From assembly GCF_006345805.1 (NCBI RefSeq), contig NC_043003.1, positions 23,808,001-23,872,000 on the forward strand: a DNA stretch of 64,000 nucleotides. Reading direction: 5' to 3'. The translations under genes and the position numbers were made by a program. This document shows, in pieces, positions 24,389 to 37,274 of this stretch. The DNA is from Octopus sinensis (Eukaryota). The notes under the pieces are model-generated. The model was not told the origin of the DNA. It worked only from the letters and a program-made list of their open reading frames with translations, and made no database searches. How positions within the stretch are numbered: the stretch's first letter is position 1; every line of letters starts with the position of its first letter.

Positions 24389-25711
24389 ATATGTATACAT
24401 ACATACCATTATGCCTGTAACTTTCCATCCGCACCTACTTATATTACGTAGCGGATGTTAAGCAACAGGTAAGGGTGTAACAGGTAAAAGCATGTCCGTA
24501 CGGATAGCTGAGTGTATGTGTGATATATATGCGGAAAAGTGAACGCAATAAAAAACATTTTAATCCTTTCACACATTCCTGTTGATAAAGTAGTGTTAAA
24601 TGTAAAAATAAGCGGCGTTTTCTGATTATATTATAGCATCAGCTTTGCAAGCAAATCTCGCATAACAGCAGGTCTAATGGACGAAATCTGGCAAATTGAT
24701 ATGGTATGCTGTTGGCTTTCATTTTCTATGAGTGTTGTGGAAATCTAGGAGATGCTTGAAAACACATTTCCTTTAAAATCAATCTACTTCACCAAAATAT
24801 AATACATTCAAAATAGATGGCTGAGGTTATCTCTACCTATCAATTGATACATACGTAAAATATCTCTATTATATATCTATACATACACATAATACATACA
24901 TATATAAATATATATATATATATATCTAACATAAACAGGGACAATTTTAGCCATTTCTCCGCAGAGAAAAATATGGAAAAATACTTCTTAACAAAGTTCT
25001 CCCCCAAATTGAATTGCTTAAAATATTTCTATAATGACTTATACTAGATGTACGACCAATTTTGTAAAGTAAATTGTATTAAACACAAACACACACACAT
25101 ACACCACACACACACACAGTACTACGCATATGTACATATACATAATAAAAACAATCTTATATCCAGATTTTCCAACCCATATTAGCACAGGAATCAAACA
25201 TTGGATTGAAAGAACTGAACAAAGGTATAGATGTCAGCACAATTATTTCTTATTCCTCTCTTTCCTCTTTCTTTCCTTCTCTTTTCTATTGATACTCCTT
25301 CCAGATAAAAGCCAAGAATCATTTTATATTGAAAGAACTGACCAGCTGCAAAGGTCTCAACACATTGTTTTCTTCTTTCTGTCTTCCTTCTCTTTTCCAT
25401 TGACACCTCTTTCAGATACAAAAGCAGACACTCACACACACGCACACTCTCTCACTTTCTCACCATTCCTCACTCTCTTGTACTAAATTACATATCTCTC
25501 CACCCCTACACACTCAATAATACTATAAAAAGAGACAAGATTCCTGAAAAAGTTCAATCTGACGACTCCACTAGAGTGGACGCATGCGCTATTATATGAT
25601 AGATATGATTTATAAAAACATGTGACATATTAATAGATATCTGTAACTATAAAACCATCCAGATTTCTGAGTACCTTATTTCTTCTAATATGGTTGACCG
25701 GTGTCTGCTAC

Positions 25712-25756
25712 TCTAAGCCGATGAAGGACAACGATCCTGAAACACGTGTCCCTAGA
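25712..25756 (+). ncRNA. Type I hammerhead ribozyme (family 1), second copy
   Basis: TCTAAG-CCGATGA-AGGA CAACGA TCCT-GAAA-CACGTG-TC-CCTAGA; palindromic ACACGTGT. Confidence 0.75.
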
Positions 25757-25955
25757 TGCAGTTTCGGCAGCCGGGGCTGTTTGTCTCCCCTTCGTATATG
25801 TATATAAGGACACAGGGAAAAATGTGTCAAAGCCATCAGGAGGCGTTCGATGCTTCCTAGGGCTATACAGCGGTGGTGTACCCCCTACTGTCACGTTCTT
25901 GTTAGATTGACAGTATACAACCATTCTATATATATATATATATATATATACGTGT

Positions 25956-26002
<47 letters not shown>

Positions 26003-27184
26003 GTTATAAGAGATAATAGTGTCATTAAGACCCAAAGGTGTCAGGTAATGCTGAATAAGTGCTATACACAGACCATAGTTAAGTTCCAGATTTGGTAATA
26101 TTGCGAATAAAGGGTTCAACGTTGGTTCTATGTCAGCGTGTGTATATAAGAATTTTTTTGCGTAATAAGATAAAAAAAACCAAGGCTGTGTAGATAGACC
26201 ATTTATAGCTAGAAGGTCTTACAGTGGTTTCTAGGATATTTATTAATTATATCCCTTCATCGGAGACAGTGTGAGATGATGGTTAAGTCATAGTTATTTT
26301 AGATGTGATACAAAATGGAGAGTGACGTGGAGGAAAGAAAATATGTATGGGTATTGAAGTTGTAAATCCATTTTTTAGGCATAATGGTATATATGCAATA
26401 TTCCAATATCCTATGAGTAAAGACCAAAACTCTGTTGGACTTTTGGTCTTTACTCATAGGATACTGGAATATTTTTTTTAAAATCTGCTGGATCCCACTG
26501 TGTGTATGTATGTGAGAGTCGTGTTTATGCATGTGTTGTATATTCGGCGGAAACCCAGATCAGAGAGGTCTCTATATCAGTACATTCTAGTCAGAAGCAC
26601 CGTACCATTTTACAAATATGTAAGTTATTCCTTGAATATAGATCTTATTTGAGGAATACTGAGTGGTTGTATTTTCATGTAGCGTGGTTGCAGAAAATAC
26701 TGGAATTATCTTGTTAAATGGAGACCTTTAATTTAAAATGGACTTGTTCCGTCTCGGACGTTAATCACAGTTACGTACAGATTATATTAGGTAAATTTTG
26801 AATCGTATTATTAAGTAAAATCTTCTTTAGCTCTATCAGGGAAGATAGTGAAGGGAAGCGGCTCTTCATTTACTCTTTAAATATGTTCATAAATTTTCGA
26901 TTGTCGAAATCTGGTAATTGCTAGTGCCAAATGGTCAACTTCACTCTAGTACCCTTTCTAAAAACTTTGAACTACATTAACCATGTGAATTGAGGTATTA
27001 TCATCCTGGTAGGAGATTGCACTACCAAAAGGGAACAGTGTTTTTATCATAGGATCAACCAAAATACTCACATAATTAAAAGATTTGTCATGTAAAACAC
27101 AAAAAAGGACTAGGAGATTTCTGTGATATGTCTGCCTGAATCATTCCACTATCACCTCCGTGTTTTCGAGCAGAGGTCAAAGAA

Positions 27185-27362
27185 TCAGAGATGAAGTTTT
27201 CTTTGGGCTGTTTCCAGACACTTCAATTTATGACCATCACTTTTAGCCCCAAGCTGCCGGCAACGTCGTAGGAGCGTCATCTTGACATATGGCATGTGCC
27301 TGTGGCAATTTTTACATCTAGTGAAGCCATATTTCTCGACATCATACCAAAGATGATAACGC
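27185..27362 (-). CDS. Candidate terminal coding exon of an unidentified gene
   Basis: Long polypyrimidine tract ending CTTTCATTTTCTAG; one frame is open for 58 codons (RYHLWYDVEKYGFTRCKNC...KLHL*), another for 28 (VIIFGMMSRNMASLDVKIATGTCHMSR*). No homology recognised. Confidence 0.35.
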
Positions 27363-29141
27363 CTAGAAAATGAAAGATAAAGAGACGGGAAAAAAATCAG
27401 AAATACAGAAAAGAAAGAAAGAAAATAAAAAGGAAAGAATGAACGAACGAACGAATGAATGAATGAATGAATGAATGAATGAATGAATTAATTAATTAAT
27501 TAATTAATGAGTGAGTGAATGAAAGGGCATTACATCTGGGGTGGAACTTCATCACATCTCAAAAGATAAAGACTAAAGTGCAATTCGCTGATATTTGAAC
27601 TCAAAGTGCAGAAAGAATTGAAATGAATACCGCAAAGTAACAGAAACAAAATTGAGACGACTTAATTATTTCTTTTTTTTCTTTATTTAGTTAGTTATGG
27701 TAAGGATTATCTGTGAAAAAATACAATGCTAATACATGTTATTCTCTTTTGTAAACGAAATTAAGGAGCCAATTTCAAATTCTTTTGAAGAAGTTAAGCT
27801 GAAATTCCTCTGTAGTGAATACATTCCGCCATTTATTGGTAAATACATCTGATTACGAAGCGTTTAGCAATTCACTATAACTCTGTCCGGCCAAACACTC
27901 TCTTTCTAACAGATGCCTGTAAACATTACACTTTTTAAAGTTTTATTTTATTTCCTTGCTTTTTGTCGTTTTGTTTCTTTGCTTCTTGTCGTTAAGTGAA
28001 CGAATTTATTTTTCAAGGCGAAACACATGCCCCAAACATCGTTAATAATTGTATGTTCTGTCATTAATATGTATTCCTAAAATAAACAAACTTCTACGTA
28101 ATAAAATTCTACTGAACATTTGAAAGTCATCAATGGTTTTAGCATTAAATTTTTTTGTTTCATAATCGCCATTTTGTTTTCAAAATTGCTCTATATACTT
28201 TTAATGATATTATTTTATTTCAGTTCTTATTTAATTTATTTATTTATTAAGCGAAGCTGTTTTCCTATATTTTTCGTTTGGGATGTTTTGGTAATTTCCT
28301 TTCTAAGTGCAGTGGCAATCTTTTTTCCTTTGCGTTTTTTTACTTTTGAAGTCGACCACTGATACACACAAAAACCGAATTATACAACCTGCGCAAACAA
28401 GATTAAAATTTATTGACAAAACATTTATAATGCATCTGATAATATTTTTTTCTTTTTAAATATATTTTTCCCTCGATTCTTTTCTTTCTTAAGATGATTT
28501 GATGTTAATTGACCATCAAATTGCCCTATAAAATGATATATTAAAATGAAAAATGAGCTGTGCTTTCTAGACTTATTTAATCGGAGCTTTACAAGCTCAT
28601 TAAACTGTATGCTTGGAATTGTAAACATTGCATATGACGTAATAACACGCATCGCTCTTCAATGAAGTATAATACCATAATTGTATGTAATTTGTTTTAT
28701 CTTTTACGTGCAAACGTGTCATTACGTATAAAATCAATTTATTTGTTAAATTCTCCAAAATGCAATGTTAGTTATTGTTTCGTATTTAAAATTACTTTCC
28801 AGAAATAAATTAAGTGGTTGGATTATGATTAGTTTTCTGGTATAGAGAAAGATTTGGCCACCATATTGACGCGAACTACTTAGTTTATTTAAACAGGGAA
28901 ATAGTGAAGTGGTGTGTTTTGCAATTTAAAAATAACTCTTCTTTTAATTTCTTTAAAACCGTGACATGTTTTAAAATCATGAACCAAAATTGTAGTTACC
29001 ATGGAGATAGAAATTAATTTGTAAAAACCTAAATGACTGTGTGTGTTTAGCGTAAGAGTTTTGTGTCGATAAAATGATGAAAGGCTGACGTTTCTTAAAT
29101 TTGTATAATGTAACATTCAAACACAAACACACTTACACACA

Positions 29142-29187
<46 letters not shown>

Positions 29188-29894
29188 AACACACACACAT
29201 ACGAGCATACACATGCACACGCGCACACGCTCCGAACGTTGCCAATTGTCAACATTAATGGAAATATGTTTAGGAATGTTGTGGACTACATCACCATGAC
29301 GCCTGAAACTTGAAGCAGAGACCAAGAAAGATCATGTAATATCGAAATATATTATTTCATACATAATTGTAAAAGCAACATTTGATACAAGAATGTTCAA
29401 TATGATCCAGGAAGATAAAGTTCCGGATAAATTACTCAATATTTACCAGTGTAAAAAGCAATCTAATGACAAATTCGTCTTTATTGCCAGACATATCACA
29501 AAACTAGCAAGAGTAATTTACTTCAGGTTACACAGTCAATGTATCTTTTCTAAGCATTAAATCAGTTCAAAGCCGAAACATTATTTTAACAAAGGTATTA
29601 TATCATTTGGCCCAACTGCCGACATATCTTTTATGGTGTTCGTTGAGACTCATTACTATTCTTTCAGTTAGCAGGAAATTACTATACTTCCTGTTTCGAT
29701 AATTGCGTATAAATGTTATTCATTCATAGCTAATGTTATTATCGACATAAGTGAGATAAAATGGATATAATCCTGCAAAGGAACTTGTCAGTATCTCGGA
29801 CCATTGAAAAGAACTATTCTGAACAAAGAGGATTCACCATTTACCATATACTCTATGAATATTCCATTCTTCTATAGGCATAACACTTGAACAT

Positions 29895-30392
29895 TTAGGG
29901 GACGGGTTTAGGCGATTACATCAAAACTGATATTTATTTCAGCGTCTCCGAAAGATTGAAAAACAAAGTCGGCTTCGCTAAATTTGAACTCAGAGCATTC
30001 AGAACATAAAGATAGATAAAACATTGCTAATCAGTTTTCCCGTGGTTCGAATGATTCTGCCAGCTCGTCGCCTTTAATGACATAAGAAGATTGATTTCGA
30101 TTTTTGGCACATGTCCAACAAATTCAGCTCAGTGGGTAAGTCAATTGCATCAACCCTAGTGTTCATCTGATACGTATATTTTCGACGAAAGGTTAAAAGT
30201 CGGCCCCACCCCAGAAGAATTTGAAGAAGGATGGGCGAGTCGATTTCATCGCCCCCAGTGTTCAGTTTGTAATTATTTCATCGAACCCGAAAGTATTTAA
30301 GGCAAAGTCGAACTGGGCGGAATTTGAAATCAAAACGTAGCGACATACGAAGTGCTGCAAAGCACGCTAGCGGTTCTGCCATATCGACGCCT
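29895..30392 (-). mobile_element. Cluster of decayed SINE family A copies
   Basis: TTCTGCCAGCTCGTCGCC and repeated AATTTGAACTCAG motifs. Confidence 0.7.
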
Positions 30393-30650
30393 TACAATGA
30401 GATGAAACTATCTAAGAACATTTTCTATATCTTGAATTTGTTTTAGTCGGTTGAAAGAAACAGATAAAACAAAAATCAAGAGTGATTGAATTTATTAAAT
30501 ATGATTGTATTACTGTTGTTCGAAAGTATAGAGAGGAACAAAGATTTGCCAATAACACTTCAACTGAAAGTATAAAGTATCTTGCACCAACAACTAAGAC
30601 ATTTATTAAATAATTAATTTGTGATAGGAACGGAATAACACATTTGTTAC

Positions 30651-30729
30651 CGAAAGCGGTTGTAGAATTACAGGGCACATTCACTACTGCGAAAAATTGT
30701 GATGATATGTACACCTCAGGAATCACACA
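30651..30729 (-). CDS. Candidate 79-nt internal exon (CVIPEVYISSQFFAVVNVPCNSTTAF)
   Basis: Acceptor TTAAATTGCAG, donor TTCG|GTAACA; only one frame open; phase-1 end is compatible with the short frame of 27362. Confidence 0.3.
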
Positions 30730-30837
30730 CTGCAATTTAACATAATGTGCATAATATAACAACAATAAAGTATATATATGCATGCATATATATGTATATG
30801 TGTGTGTGTGTATGTATGTCTATATGCACGTATGTAA

Positions 30838-30872
<35 letters not shown>

Positions 30873-30993
30873 AGTATATATATATATATATATTGATAAA
30901 AATGGTAAAACAACAAAAGAAAGAGGCCTCGATATTATGTAAATAGAGGAATTTATGTGTAAATGTAATATGTGACAATTATTCGGTAGCCAT

Positions 30994-31054
30994 GATAAAA
31001 CTCCGAGTTTCGAATGCCGAGGTGGAAATCCACGCCGCCATCTCTTTAGTTATC
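30994..31054 (-). ncRNA. HHR (family 3), core mutated to CTAAAGA
   Basis: Reverse-complement counterpart of 31550-31610. Confidence 0.55.
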
Positions 31055-31549
31055 CGGCCATAGGAAAAATGCTATGAAAAATGACCGTTATACAAAGGGA
31101 AATTACTGTGTGATTGACTGTTATTAAGTCAAAAGTTCTATTTGAATGACCGCTAAGTGAGCGGAGGGAGTAAAAGTAAGGGGGTAAGGGGGCACCATGA
31201 TCTTTGTAGGATCTTTGTTGTGCGTGCATGTGTCTGTGCGTGTATAGACGTGTGTATGAACCTTTATGGTGCCTGCGTGTGCGTGTGGAGGTTTGTATTA
31301 TATACATATACATTTGCCGAATGGGGCGAGTGAGAATGTGTACGTTTTCAAGTGGGTGTGCGGGCGTGCATGTGTAGGTATGAATATGCGTGCTTACGCG
31401 AATACTATGAACTTTTTTACACCCTTACTTTTACTCCCTCTCCACATTTAGCGGTCATTCAAATATCTCTTTTGTCTTAATAACGGTCAATCACACAGTA
31501 ATTTCCCTTTGTATAACGGTCATTTTTCATAGCATTTTTCCGATGGCCA

Positions 31550-31610
31550 GATAACTGAAGAGATGGCGGCGTGAACTTCCACCTCGGCATCCGAAACTCG
31601 GAGTTTTATC
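31550..31610 (+). ncRNA. Type I hammerhead ribozyme with long imperfect stem II (family 3)
   Basis: GATAA-CTGAAGA-GATGGCGGCGTGAACTTCCACCTCGGCATCC-GAAA-CTC G GAG-TT-TTATC; GUU triplet. Confidence 0.7.
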
Positions 31611-32878
31611 ATGGCTACCGAATAATTGTCACATATTATATTTACATATACATATAAACTCTTGTTCATCCTGTTTCCTGTTGTTACCTGCACACTACAT
31701 GCATAGTGCGCCTGCACACCAATGCCCGAGGATAACATGGGTAACGAATACCGATAGTACATACGGATATTTTATCCCTTAGTCGGTTATTATGACCGCT
31801 GATTCTGTTTACACACACCACATATATTAGTATCGTTCTCTTCATTGCAAACGTAATACAAAGATCATGTGTGTATAGATATTGTATGAATATATATATG
31901 TGTGTGTGTGCGTCTGCGTGTGTTTATGTTTGTATGAGTGTGTATTATGCACCACATACACGCACATACATACATATACATTTGTATGTGTATGTGCTTG
32001 TGTGTGTATATACATACATACATGCATATATAAATATATAGTTTCTAGTCAATTTTATCTCTACAAATTTGCCTTCTGTCAACATATAGCGAGACAAATA
32101 GTAAAGGCTCAACTGCTATTCTTCGAACTGAATAAAAAGAATTGCATTATCATGTATGTGCGTCTGTGCGCATGTGTGTGTTTATGTGTGTGTATGTGTG
32201 TGTGTGACGTTCCCGGCACGATAATAATAGTGATATTAATGCGATGTTCTCTTGGGATCCCTGTGATAATTTTATCTCTAATTGATTTGAGTATATCGAA
32301 AAAGCTGTTATCGATAACCCTTTTTAATTATTTTTTCCTGAACCAAATTCGATTCTCTGATAACGTTTTTGAGTTGTAAATACACACACACAAATACGTA
32401 CACACATGCAATATACTGTTCCGTTCAGGTAAGATGAACAAAAATTACTCTATCTGGCGAGAGATAAATATTGTTCAGGTATATTTGTATAGGCTACTAA
32501 TATTTTCATGCAGTGAAAACGATAAAGATGGCGTTTTTAATAACACGTCTGGTGCATTCACGTAATCTTGACGCTGTGTTCACATGGCATATACAAGCTA
32601 AAACAGGACGATAGAATAAAAGAATGTATGACACAATGCGAGAAGAAGGTAGATGTAAAAGTTGGAATGGTGTAAATAGGGAAAGCGAAAAGAAAACGGG
32701 AAAACAGTAAAAGGAAACAGAAAAAAGAAGAAAACAACGAGGAAAATTAGAGTTATGTCCCTTTTGAACATAAAGTTATAATAAAGCTGAATAAAGTCTA
32801 GAGTCTGCGGTACATCCGCTCAATTCGGCCAAGGTGGAATTTTCCAATTCGTCAACAGAAACTTATTTATATATTTAC

Positions 32879-32932
32879 CTCCGCTGAAAATTTCAGATTT
32901 TGAATATTCAGTGTACGGTGGAGTTCTTAGAC
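32879..32932 (-). CDS. Candidate 54-nt symmetric (phase 1-1) exon (LRTPPYTEYSKSEIFSG)
   Basis: Acceptor GATCCTTTTCAG, donor GAG|GTAAAT; only one frame open. Confidence 0.35.
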
Positions 32933-33876
32933 CTGAAAAGGATCTGTAATCTTTCAGCTACGATTAGCTTGTATTTTTTCGATCCGCTTACATAGAGCAT
33001 GGTTTAAAATTTTTTTTGTACTTCATTGTATGTGTTATGGATTCAGACTTCAAACACCATATTTGGCTAGCAAACTTTATTTTTGTCCCTGTGCCGCAAC
33101 GAAGATATGTAGTTAGTATAGCAATTTTTGAGGTCGCCTTTACGCAACCGGATATAAGTATTCTTTTCTTTATGTTATCATCTAGGGTCACTGAAAAATC
33201 TGACTCGTGTATGACGGATTTAGTTATGCACCCCTGGTGGAATGGGGAAGTTTATGGATCACGACCAAGAGCTTACTTCTCAGTTATAACTGACGAGATA
33301 TAGTAACTTGTATACATATATACTCCATTTGAGATTCTTGAGGCGAATAAATGCTCGCACATAGGTACATCGATAACTCAACCTACGACATATTCAACGA
33401 CATATTTACAAACATCGGAAACAATCTCTGTTAGCGACCAGCTTGAACTCTGATAAGAGGAACTCAAATAAAATTCAAAGAAGAAAAGACAGCAGACATA
33501 CAGACAGTAGAATTTATAATCATTACCACTTTTGATTATACCCCAAATTCATTACTTATACAGGTAAAATGTAAATTTGAATAATGTGTACAAAATATTA
33601 TATTCCTTTCTTCATTTTCAATTCTGCTTTTACGTTTTTCTATTTTTCGAATCTGTTCTAAAGCTGCTTTTGCTAATATATATGATAGCTACTTCTGAAA
33701 TATATAATTAATATGATGATTTTGTTAATAGTATTACATAAGTATGGAAATACGAAGAAGCTATAAGATGCTAGACTAGCACTCAGGATACACAGTTATT
33801 TGTAGTAGAAGTAGAAGTAGGCTAATATAAGCGATTACGTAACTAATGTTCATTTTTCATTTTTAATTTAATTATT

Positions 33877-34262
33877 GAGCTGGCAGAAACGTTAGCACGC
33901 CGAGTGAAATGCTTAGCGGTATTTCGTCTGCGTTACGTTGTGAGTTCAAATTCCGCCGAGGTCAACTTTGCCTTTCATCCTTTCGGGGTCGATAAATTAA
34001 GTATCAGTTACGCACTGGGGTCGATGTAATCGACTTAATACCTATGTCTGTCCTTGTTTGTTCCCTCTGTGTTTAGCCCCTTTTGGGTAATAAAGAAATA
34101 GGTATTTCGTCTGTCTTTATGTTCTAAGTTCAAATTCCGCCAAGGTCGACTTTGTCTTTCATCCTTTCGGGATCGATAAATTAAGTACCAATTTAGTATT
34201 GGGATCAATCTAATCGACTGGCCCCATCCCCCAATATTTCGGGCCTTGTGCCTAGAGTAAAA
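33877..34262 (+). mobile_element. SINE family A, full dimeric form
   Basis: Close match to 2333-2700, with A-rich end. Confidence 0.9.
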
Positions 34263-34369
34263 AAACAAAAAAAAAACAAAAACAATTATTAACGTAGTTG
34301 TTAAGCCTTGCTGGTTTTCTGTTAAATATAAACTCTTGGAGCTATAACTCATTATTAATATCGTTATAG

Positions 34370-34560
34370 CTAAGTGAGCCGGCAAGCTGGCAGAACGGAT
34401 AGCACACCGTGTGAAATGCTTTGCGACATTTCTTCCGTATTTACGTACTGAGTTCAATTTCCGCCGGAGTAGGCTTAGTCTTTCATCGTTTTCAATTCGA
34501 TAAAATAACATAACTACCAATTTGATTATGCAGTCGATCTAACCGACTTACCTCCTACCC
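34370..34560 (+). mobile_element. SINE family A, decayed
   Basis: AAGCTGGCAGAACGGATAGCACACC head. Confidence 0.7.
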
Positions 34561-35790
34561 TAATATCGCGATGGCTCAGCAGAATCCAGACAGTGCAGTA
34601 TATGTTATATCTGATCATTCAACGGGTAAATAGACGACACAACCATGCCTGATTGATAAGGAGGGTGGTATTCCTTGTACACGCTGCAGGACTGAAAGCA
34701 AAGCTTGTCAAAGTTAAATGACTTCAATGCACATAAAGACCATCGAATCGTTTGATGTGACAGACTCTATAATCATTGTTAGGTTTCTCTCCTGGAGAAA
34801 GTAAACCCAAATGCAACAATAACTTCATTTGCACCGTCTGGTGTAGACTAGGCTTTCTTCTGTGGCAAATGCATGCGTTGCTTAGAGAATAGGATTGACA
34901 TTCTCCGAGTCCTTTCTTCACTTCAAAACACTTAAGACACAGGTATGATTTAATTTTTAAAATCTATGTAGTGTGCCCCACACTGTCTAACCGTAACCGA
35001 GAAAGACAAAACACTCACAGAAAAATTACATGATGGAATAAAGTCATGTTATAGTGTGGCTAGTGACTGTCTTAACATCCGTTTCGTACAACTATACAAG
35101 GATTATAGATCTGAAATGCCACATTTGTGCTATTCAAGAAAACAAATCAAGAGATAGCATTCTTCAAAATCCAGTTGCAGCAATCATATATGTGTGGGCG
35201 TGTGGTACTGGGGAGTGGTGCGCGCGCGTGTCTTTATGTGTTTTTCTGTATAAGTTTATGACTGTGTGTGTTTATGCGAGCGAGCGTGAAAATGGTGCAG
35301 CGTGTTTTAATTGTGTGATTTCGTTCGTGAGCATACATAAGCCTCAACTCCATTATCTATTTTCATAATTTAATTATATATAGAATATATATTAATATAA
35401 TATCACAATTTAATCTAGATATGTAGTTTTTCATTATTATAATCGTCATACTTTTTCACTGTCTACTAATTTATTATTTTTCCTGAAATTAATTAATACA
35501 TATTGTGTAGATTATGCTTTCGATGTATAGTATTATACAGTTATTGAGTTATAGTTGTATAGTTTATTTTAAAGGTTATTCTTGTTCATCTTTGTTTATA
35601 TAATTGAATTTTGAAATGAATAAAGTTTTTATTTCTCCATTTATATATACTACAGAATATATCATTGACAAAAGCTTTTGTTCTTCCAAAATTCTAAATT
35701 TTCGAATTTGCATGTTTTACTTTTAATCTTTCATCGGCTAACATCTTCTGAGTTTCCTGTATAGTCAGTTATATACTCGTTCGACTTGAC

Positions 35791-35871
<81 letters not shown>

Positions 35872-36270
35872 TATATAATTAGGGTTCAGCAACGATTAGC
35901 TTCACCACTCACTGAAGTTTAGAAATAGCAGTCAAAATCCTAGCTATTCTTTCTACTTTAAAGGGAGTTCCCAGAAAAACCAAAGCACTTGAAAACAAAC
36001 CACGTAAGCAAAAGGGGAAAAAATGACGAAAATCATTCTATAATAGGTTACCTACGGACGCGCGTTTCGGAATTAAGCCAGTATAAAGCATAAATAATAA
36101 ATAATCATACCTTACCCGACTATTTTCGTCTCTTCAGCGTAGAATTCCATAATCATAAATAATTGTATCTCAATTATTAATAGTTGTATCTTAAATTTGA
36201 AGGCACTGGAAAACATCACTTAACCTAACGTTATCAGAGAGATCGTATTCCGTGTTAGTGCCGCCAAGTT
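35872..36270 (-). mobile_element. Diverged truncated copy of the family 2 HHR element between (TA)n tracts
   Basis: Colinear with 21396-21800. Confidence 0.8.
36051..36143 (-). ncRNA. Type I hammerhead ribozyme (family 2), diverged copy
   Basis: TCTACG-CTGAAGA-GACGAA...TTCC-GAAA-CGCGCG-TC-CGTAGG; stem III is still palindromic (ACGCGCGT). Confidence 0.75.
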
Positions 36271-36885
36271 CAAAATATATATATATATATATTCAGGATG
36301 TCCCAAAATTAAGGGAATCACCTGTTTTCAATTTTACCAAAGAAACATATTACTGTATTTCGGTTCCAAGTGTTGCAATGCAATAATAAAAGAAACACAT
36401 TTATGACACTTGCACATTTATTCGATATGACTAACTCTGTTTCGAATCAAACCCTTACGTCTAGGTGCGAATGCTTCACAAGCAGCGCGCAGCTGTGCTT
36501 GTGGAAGCGAAACCCATTCCTGGCGCAGGTTTGCCTTCAGAGCATCCAACGAAGCATAAGGAGTGCTCGAGATCAACGTCTCCAAAATGAAACTATATAG
36601 AAAAATCCACCGGATTGAGATCGGATCTTCTTGCGGGTCATACGTACTTGCCTATGAACCAGGGTACGACTGTTATAAAAAAGGTTCTACATTCTTGCAT
36701 TTATCTTGAAGTGACACTGAAGGAAAATAATGACGAACCTACTGGATATTATTAGGTACTTCGTCTGCAAACATTCAGGTAGCCTTTGCAAAATTTACCC
36801 CCCAGAGATATAGAAAGTTAAGAACAGTTCCTTATTTTAATATATATATATATGTGTATTTGTGTGTGTGTGTCTGTGTGTGTGT

Positions 36886-37180
36886 GGAGGCGCAATGGCC
36901 CAGTGGTTAGGGCAGCGGACTCGCGGTTTTGATTCCCAGACCGGGCGTTGTGAGTGTTTACTGAGCGAAAACACTTAAAGCTCCACGAGGCTCCGGCAGG
37001 GGTGGTGGCGATCCCTGCTGTACTCTTTCGCCACAACTTTCTCTCACTCTTTCTTCTGTTGGCCTGCTCGCTTAGCCAGCGGGGTGGCGTCATTTGAAGG
37101 CTATAACAATGCGAAGCGCATTGTGACCAGCGATGTGTAGCAACATCTGATAGCCTGGTCGGTCACGGTGACGGTGACGG
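36886..37180 (+). mobile_element. SINE with family C head but a different 3' tail ending in (GGTGAC)n
   Basis: Head matches 3685-3870; the tail CATCTGATAGCCTGGTCGGT is also present on the minus strand at ~13490-13560. Confidence 0.85.
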
Positions 37181-37185
37181 ATATA

Positions 37186-37274
<89 letters not shown>

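Larger units (their letters stand above)
30950..31655. repeat. Inverted pair of ~230-bp HHR-bearing terminal repeats (family 3) around a ~240-bp spacer
   Basis: 30950-31182 vs 31422-31655 are reverse complements with few differences. Confidence 0.9.

Noticed and set aside
34571-34942. Two-exon 55-aa peptide (plus strand) or GEKP zinc-finger relic (minus strand)
   Set aside because: Splice sites are plausible but the peptide is short with an early stop and no homology; Cys/His spacing does not fit C2H2.
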